Below, piece by piece: positions 61,001 through 64,000 of a DNA stretch of 64,000 bases; position 1 is the stretch's first letter, and each line of letters begins with the position of its first letter. The notes beneath the pieces are model-generated. The model ran no database searches and was not told the DNA's origin. It saw only the letters and a program-made list of their open reading frames with translations. Source of the DNA: Aplysia californica (lineage: Eukaryota); assembly GCF_000002075.1 (NCBI RefSeq), contig NW_004798018.1, positions 52,541 through 116,540 of the forward strand, in the 5' to 3' direction. The position numbers were made by a program, and so were the translations under genes.

Positions 61001-63868
61001 ACTGTTGGTACAGCTCTCGAGGCACAATATTCTGAAAGAGTAATGTTTTTGTCCTAAGGTTAGCAAAAAAATATTCAAAAGAGGCATGTCTGTTTTGGGT
61101 TTTCATTTCAAATTAGAATATAAAGATTGAAAAAGGGAAGAAAGGTTGAAAGAACTACTGTACTAATTCCTAAACAATATTATATCAGTGATGAAAAAAT
61201 GATATTATTTATAACACACATGATACATTTATACAAGATCCCTAACTGAAGAGGACAGAATCTTTTCCAACAATTGGAAGCTTTTCAAAGAGATTATTTT
61301 TAAGATCCGGAAGGGAAGGGAATACTTGTACAAAATAGGTACACATCTCTTCCATTCAAAGCAACAATATAAAAACACACTAATCACACCACAGGCATTC
61401 CTCTACCTATTATATCTTCTGACTTCACAAACTTTTTACAGCAGTACGAAGTTTTCAATTTTTAAAAAAAAAGCATTAGATAGTAGAGCCAGTGGCATCT
61501 AATAAAACCTAAAAAAACCACACCTGTTGGGCAAAACAGAAACAGTTTTGGCTGGTTCAGATGTTCAAAGACTTCATTTGACACAGACACTTGAGCTGAC
61601 CCAAAAGACTGGAATGCGCTCCTGTCAGCTTCAGACAGCTCAGGGTCGATGTCATCAAACAGAACAGCAAACGCTTCGCATCCAAATGTGGCCACCTGAG
61701 AAGTGTAAAAATATATCACAGGTTAACACAAACTAACACCAACTATAGCGGAAAACATTTACAGAAAATAGTAGCTGGTGACAGATGGTTAAGACGTCAG
61801 TAGTAGAATTTAAATGAGTTGGCACATTAACAGGCACATTTCATTAGGTACAGAATAATCTACTATAGCAAGACTAAAAAGAAGTTAGAAAGGCTACAAA
61901 TTTCAAATCACAATATACTGATCCTAAGAAACAAAGGAAGCTATCATGTATTTTACTTGTCCTGAGCATATTCTTTTAGTCAAGCCATTTCAGATTGGTT
62001 ATTTCTCAAACTGTTATTTTATTCCAGTTTCCAGTACTTAATAACCTTCTTATTTTGCAAACACATTTTGAGATGTTTCTTTAGCCTTCTAACGTGAAAG
62101 AACATGATGCAATACCATTTTTGACAAATAAAAAGAAAATCACGGTGTAATTACAAATTCTCAACTTACATGAGAAGAGATAGTGCAATGATGGAATTCA
62201 GGAAATAATCACTTTCCACTCACATATCAAAATCAATCATTACATATACAAAAACAAAAAAAAGGAAATAAAATAATGCACTTATATTTCAAAACAGTAT
62301 GATCAGTGACTTTCAGACTGAACAAAATATTTACCGTTTTATCAGTCTGGACTTGACATTTGAAAAAATCATAAAGAAGTGCTTCAATGGCAAGCAAAAT
62401 GTTGACCAAAAGGTACTCTCAGCGTTTAAGTAAGAAGAACATGTGTTTCCTTCATCTTTCTCCCTTACCTGCTCCAACTTCCTTTTCAAAGCTTGAACAT
62501 CTTTTGTACTGGAGAAAGAGATGTCTAAGCCCGGGGATATGGCGTAGACAAATGTGACACCCTTTTCTTTGGAAGCAGTGATCAAAAACGACAAATTTTC
62601 TGTGAAAAAGAAAAATATACATCAAAATACATTTTGCAAACTCTTATTTTATTCACTTATTAGAAATCATTATATCCCGCCTAACAACCAAAAAACTGCA
62701 AAAAAAGTCTTGGTATAAATATCTTTTAAAAGTAGCAATGACTATGAAAAATTAAATGTTCATCCAAATTGCTTAGAAATGGGCTTAAATGAAAATAGAG
62801 TAAATTCTAAGAACTATGGTTTTTAAATTTTAAAAATCCATTGATAAATAAAAAGTTATTGTGATTTTTGTTGGCAAAATGTTGGAGGACCTCCATATAG
62901 GAAAAAATCGCCAAAATGTGGGATATGTTTTTATGTATTTTGAGGAAAATCTGTTCATAAGTCAGTAATGAATTGGAGCATATGAATGAAACTTGGCATC
63001 TTCATGTGATTTTTAGAGCAGAATCTAGTTCTGCTTTCACTTTTTCGATGTCTTTATTACTTTGGATCTTAAAGACTGATATTTGCGTGAAATTTGTTGA
63101 ATTGCCTGACATCGTTTTTACCGCGACGCGATCACCCCTTCTAAAACTCAGTAAAGCGCTATCGGGAAAACCCGCGATGTAGTCATCAGTGACCTATTTA
63201 GTTATAGGCAGCCAATCACATGCCGCCTAGCGATCACGCGCCTCTTGCTTGCCGGCACATCGCGTTTGGAATGCGTGATCTAGTTTCCGGCTCTAGTGTT
63301 TTATCAATGGATGGGTGGTAATTTTAAGTTGGTGCGTAAAATCTACTAAACGCAGAGATCTGAAATTTTACAGCAATAAAGAAGACATGTGGGGCGCTTG
63401 TGTGGTCGGCGATCAACCCGCAGCTCCGCTTAGTTTTCGAACCGCAGAGGAAATTGCACAAACACGGCAATATCTCCGGTTCTAGTAATCGTTCGGGACT
63501 GTACGCTGGCATTTCGTTAGTTTAACCTTCCCTCCGATTGGTTGCCGAGTTTCATTTATTTTCGTCCAGTTTTCCCGTAACTATACTTAAAAGAGAGTGA
63601 CTTCTGATTCCGAGCGGCCCAAAAATTACCCCTCGCGCGGAGGCTGATTTCCGGCCCAAGGCGCAGCGGGCGATTGGCATTGCTATAAAAAGTCTTTAAT
63701 ATTTCTTACTTATACGGAATTCTTATCAACAACACTCCCATGCCCAGTTACATCAAGATGAGAAAATTACCTGCTTCCTCTACAGAATACAAATCTCGCC
63801 AATATGCTCTGTGTTTGTAGTCATCCTTTGGGGCATACATGTATGTGTTCAGACCAGATTTCTGCATC
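45800..63868 (-). CDS. OGA: Protein O-GlcNAcase (GH84 domain, stalk, pseudo-HAT domain); 5' end lies beyond the window; about 939 codons in the window
   Basis: Exons 63771-63868, 62469-62599, 61524-61695, 60933-61031, 59484-59768, 57711-58798, 57146-57320, 54617-54702, 49990-50094, 47996-48087, 46922-47114, 45800-46096; all GT-AG and phase-consistent. Motifs: [23 protein letters not shown], catalytic [58 protein letters not shown]. Confidence 0.97.
46922..47114 (-). CDS. OGA: OGA exon ([25 protein letters not shown]...SPAE)
   Basis: tgcag acceptor and gtaagg donor; 193 nt. Confidence 0.94.
47996..48087 (-). CDS. OGA: OGA exon ([31 protein letters not shown])
   Basis: catag acceptor and gtatgt donor; 92 nt. 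Confidence 0.93.
49990..50094 (-). CDS. OGA: OGA exon ([17 protein letters not shown]...RPYKPEDE)
   Basis: ttccag acceptor and gtaacg donor; 105 nt. Confidence 0.94.
52340..52975 (+). mobile_element. RTE-clade LINE 3' fragment in an OGA intron (antisense)
   Basis: [29 protein letters not shown]...WK...[21 protein letters not shown]; [10 protein letters not shown]; tgatgatga tail. Confidence 0.85.
54617..54702 (-). CDS. OGA: OGA exon ([29 protein letters not shown])
   Basis: cacag acceptor and gtatgt donor; 86 nt. Confidence 0.95.
57146..57320 (-). CDS. OGA: OGA exon ([11 protein letters not shown]...[22 protein letters not shown])
   Basis: ttccag acceptor; weak gtatat donor; 175 nt. Confidence 0.93.
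57711..58798 (-). CDS. OGA: OGA large exon: stalk helices plus Pro/Ser-rich disordered insert
   Basis: tttcag acceptor and gtattg donor; 1088 nt; [31 protein letters not shown]. Confidence 0.95.
59484..59768 (-). CDS. OGA: OGA exon (GPRVVSK...[10 protein letters not shown]...[10 protein letters not shown])
   Basis: tacag acceptor and gtaagt donor; 285 nt. Confidence 0.96.
60933..61031 (-). CDS. OGA: OGA exon (EYCASRAVP...IDIMWTG)
   Basis: ttcag acceptor and gtaagt donor; 99 nt. Confidence 0.96.
61524..61695 (-). CDS. OGA: OGA exon with the catalytic Asp-Asp pair ([11 protein letters not shown]...FCPT)
   Basis: ctcag acceptor and gtgtgg donor; 172 nt. Confidence 0.96.
62469..62599 (-). CDS. 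OGA: OGA exon (ENLSFLI...[14 protein letters not shown]...LKRKLEQ)
   Basis: cacag acceptor and gtaagg donor; 131 nt. Confidence 0.96.
63073..63695. mobile_element. Kolobok-like non-autonomous element (TTAA TSD), CpG-rich, in an OGA intron
   Basis: TTAA-AGACT ... AGTCT-TTAA; interior much richer in CpG than the flanking intron. Confidence 0.5.
63771..63868 (-). CDS. OGA: OGA exon ([32 protein letters not shown])
   Basis: aacag acceptor and gtaatt donor; 98 nt; upstream exons lie outside the window. Confidence 0.95.
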
Positions 63869-64000
63869 CTGTTAAGGATAGGAAAGAAATCAAATGAAAA
63901 TTAATCTAACAATTCAAAATCAAACGGACTATGGAAATTAATTTGTCACTCATGGAGCATCAGAAAAGGAGCATACCTGGTAAATCCTGGGAACAGAACT

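Overview
This is AT-rich animal (invertebrate, probably lophotrochozoan/mollusc-like) genomic DNA with three spliced protein-coding genes, all assembled by hand from GT-AG exons with consistent phases. PNPO (pyridox(am)ine 5'-phosphate oxidase) lies on the minus strand at 12770-25501. CDCA7 (zf-4CXXC_R1 protein, 286 aa, 10 coding exons) lies on the plus strand at 28852-37323, head-to-head with PNPO across a shared CpG-rich promoter near 26 kb. OGA/MGEA5 (O-GlcNAcase) lies on the minus strand from 45800 and continues past the window end, with 12 exons in the window. Bases 1-9.3 kb contain no recognisable gene. There are many transposon relics: a pogo-like DDE+PHD element, RTE and RNase H-type LINE fragments, tRNA-derived SINEs, and mariner-, piggyBac-, Harbinger- and Kolobok-type MITEs. 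There are also about 14 copies of a ~180-bp short retroposon with no tRNA head. The most notable observation is that PNPO appears to be a combinatorial isoform system. It has a tandemly duplicated, probably mutually exclusive exon that rewrites an FMN-contacting strand, and two alternative first coding exons (short cytosolic versus mitochondrial-presequence-like). Other candidates are splice routes to a HAT-less short OGA at the same junction as in human, and an intronic C/D-box snoRNA in CDCA7. All isoform and ncRNA claims are sequence-based predictions that need RNA evidence.
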